DNA of 37,040 nucleotides from the IMG/VR virus record IMGVR_UViG_3300032373_000055, positions 1 through 37,040 of that record; one strand, written 5' to 3'. Position numbers and translations under genes: made by a program. The notes beneath the pieces are model-generated. The model was not told the DNA's origin, ran no database searches, and saw nothing but the letters and a program-made list of their open reading frames with translations. The stretch is from a virus (Duplodnaviria; Caudoviricetes). This document shows positions 35,366 to 37,040 of this stretch, in pieces (position 1 is the stretch's first letter; the number at the start of each line of letters is the position of its first letter).

Positions 35366-36529
35366 ATGGTGGCGACATATAAACAGCCGAACACGGCGAC
35401 GACGGAGCAAACGGGCACGGAGTACATCGCAAACAACGATGCGGCGCATGAAGTTATAAAGATTGCGGCGGCCTTTGCCGTGCATGAGGCAGCTGTACCG
35501 GATATGACGGTAGTGGTCGATGCGGGGCGACTGCAATCAGGAGCAGCGCTAGTTGAGCAAGTGCAGCAAACAACAGGCGCAATCACTGCTCCGCTGGCTA
35601 ATCCTAGAAACGATATCGTTGTGGTTGATAATTCAACCGGAGTTGTGTCGGTCGTTGAGGGTGCTGAGGCAGCAAGCCCAGTTGATCCTGCTATTTTATC
35701 AGGCCAAACCCCGGTAGCTAGAGTAAGGCTTTTAACGTCTACGACAGCTATTGCTAATTCGGATATTGATGATCTGCGGCCGTTCATCAAGGGGTCATCG
35801 TCAAATAAACAAGGAGCTGATTTAGCAGTGGCAGCCGCGTTACCGCTTTTGGATGACGGTGATTGGAATTTTGTTGTTTCAGGTTCTGGTGGCAGTATTT
35901 CATCGTTTGACTCAGTAAGTGTGGGGGCAATGAAAACACTTGTTTTTGATGTCGACGCAGAGCTTGTGGACAGTCAAGATTTGGTACTTCCTGATAGCGT
36001 TGATATTTCCGTAGAGCAGGGTGCTGTTCTACAATTTGTCGAGTATGTGGCAGGCCGTTGGCTTTGCATCAGTTACCTTCCGGGTGGCCGTTCAAAGGGC
36101 AAGCTTGAATTTAAAGATAGTGATCAACCGTACTTAAGTACCACGTTAGCCGATGACCCTGAGCTTGCTGGCTACTTTTTAGCTGCTAATAGTCGTTATA
36201 AAGTGGAGGGGTATTTGCCCGTAGTGAGCGGGAACGCCAGCCCTGACTTTAAATTCGCATTCTCTGATTTGGGCGGCGGCGATGGAGGCTATATCTCGGT
36301 TAGAGCGATGACAGGGACGTCGCAAGCTGTATTTCAAGGGGAGGCGGATGATATTTTTACCGTCAATCTCTCGCAGAATATCTATACAGGTATACATATA
36401 AGTGGGGTTGTCAATGTAAGTACAGTGGCTCGTAATGTTACATTGCAGGCTGGTACAGTGTCGTCTAGTATCATTGCAATCCTGCGAGCGGGTGCTTATC
36501 TTAAGTTTAAAAAGATGCGGAAGGGTTAG
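35366..36529 (+). CDS. Tail fibre/receptor-binding protein
   Basis: PDMTV.V..G, NPR.D.V, D.RP N-terminal module; modular beta-rich C-terminus. Confidence 0.75.
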   Translation: MVATYKQPNTATTEQTGTEYIANNDAAHEVIKIAAAFAVHEAAVPDMTVVVDAGRLQSGAALVEQVQQTTGAITAPLANPRNDIVVVDNSTGVVSVVEGAEAASPVDPAILSGQTPVARVRLLTSTTAIANSDIDDLRPFIKGSSSNKQGADLAVAAALPLLDDGDWNFVVSGSGGSISSFDSVSVGAMKTLVFDVDAELVDSQDLVLPDSVDISVEQGAVLQFVEYVAGRWLCISYLPGGRSKGKLEFKDSDQPYLSTTLADDPELAGYFLAANSRYKVEGYLPVVSGNASPDFKFAFSDLGGGDGGYISVRAMTGTSQAVFQGEADDIFTVNLSQNIYTGIHISGVVNVSTVARNVTLQAGTVSSSIIAILRAGAYLKFKKMRKG

Positions 36530-36531
36530 CT

Positions 36532-36804
36532 GTGGCGGTTTACCGGGCGTATTGCATACGTATATTGCTAATAGTCACGCTTACGCAAATAGCTGGCTGC
36601 ACAATCAGCGCAGGCATTGCTGTGCATGATAATGATTTTGACTCATTTAAGACAAGTAACCCTATCGGTATAGTCAGAGGGGAAACAACAGCCAGGCTCC
36701 CATTTGGCGCAAAAGGTTTTTGTATGCATGCGTCCGGCATCCCTGATAAAGAGCGCGGTGGATATGGCCTTAATATGTGCGGTGGGGTGGTGCCAATATG
36801 GTAA
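36532..36804 (+). CDS. Small predicted lipoprotein
   Basis: Hydrophobic signal with lipobox IAGC; C-terminal Trp. Confidence 0.65.
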   Translation: MAVYRAYCIRILLIVTLTQIAGCTISAGIAVHDNDFDSFKTSNPIGIVRGETTARLPFGAKGFCMHASGIPDKERGGYGLNMCGGVVPIW

Positions 36805-36913
36805 AAAAGGTGTCCTAAAAAAAGTTATCGAGTCTATGAGAAACAAAGGGTTACGCTGGTGCTTTTCCTAAAAAAAACAACGTAAGCCATTGCTTTTAAT
36901 AATAAACAGGCGA

Positions 36914-36961
36914 GACTGTTAATCAATTGGTCGGTGGTTCGAGTCCGCCTCGGGGAGCCAT
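36914..36961 (+). repeat. att core, right copy (48 bp)
   Basis: Identical to 78-125. Confidence 0.97.
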
Positions 36962-37040
36962 TTCTAGTTAGTCTTTTAAAATCATCGTTTTATAGCTGTT
37001 GTTGGCGCAGTGGATAACGATGATTTCTGTTTTACCCTCG

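Larger units (their letters stand above)
78..36961. mobile_element. Apparently complete temperate prophage (HK97-type head, non-contractile tail) integrated in tRNA-Asn
   Basis: Flanking 48-bp direct repeats, adjacent integrase, and regulatory, replication, head and tail modules without obvious disruption. Confidence 0.96.

Noticed and set aside
15208-35790. Many minus-strand ORFs over the structural genes (e.g. 23171-23797, 25591-26037, 35344-35790)
   Set aside because: Shadow frames of well-supported + strand genes, with no RBS or recognisable motifs
31513-36529. Diversity-generating retroelement or invertible tail-fibre cassette
   Set aside because: No reverse transcriptase or invertase, and no TR/VR-like duplication or inverted crossover sites noticed by eye
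36914-36960. Second tRNA gene
   Set aside because: Only the 3' half is present; it is the att duplication

Overview
The window is almost entirely one apparently complete temperate siphovirus-type prophage of about 36.8 kb. It is integrated at the 3' half of a tRNA-Asn(GTT) gene (49-124) and bounded by a 48-bp direct repeat (78-125 and 36914-36961). The order is lambdoid: tyrosine integrase; leftward early operon (small genes, DUF4224 Xis-like, DUF1353, long ParB-family protein); accessory genes between the OL operators and the repressor; cI/cro switch with five 16-bp operators; CII/YdaT-position gene; toprim primase, VapE-type helicase and an iteron-rich origin; Q-like regulator and late terminators; holin-like gene; HNH; HK97-type head; a four-gene fibre/adaptor block; non-contractile tail with a -1 frameshift chaperone; tail-tip genes; a terminal lipoprotein. 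The most unusual signal is at 1341-2671. The small genes wedged between int and the Xis-like gene are separated by integron attC-like sites (one complete, two partial) with a possible attI-like site next to int. The genes are inverted relative to attC polarity, and no IntI is present in the window. Also notable: no recognisable endolysin or spanins, a G-U-rich structured RNA between cro and the CII-position gene, a primase split within its toprim fold, an antisense membrane-peptide ORF before the tape measure gene, and a low-GC two-gene cassette. Family calls come from motif recognition by eye, not database searches.
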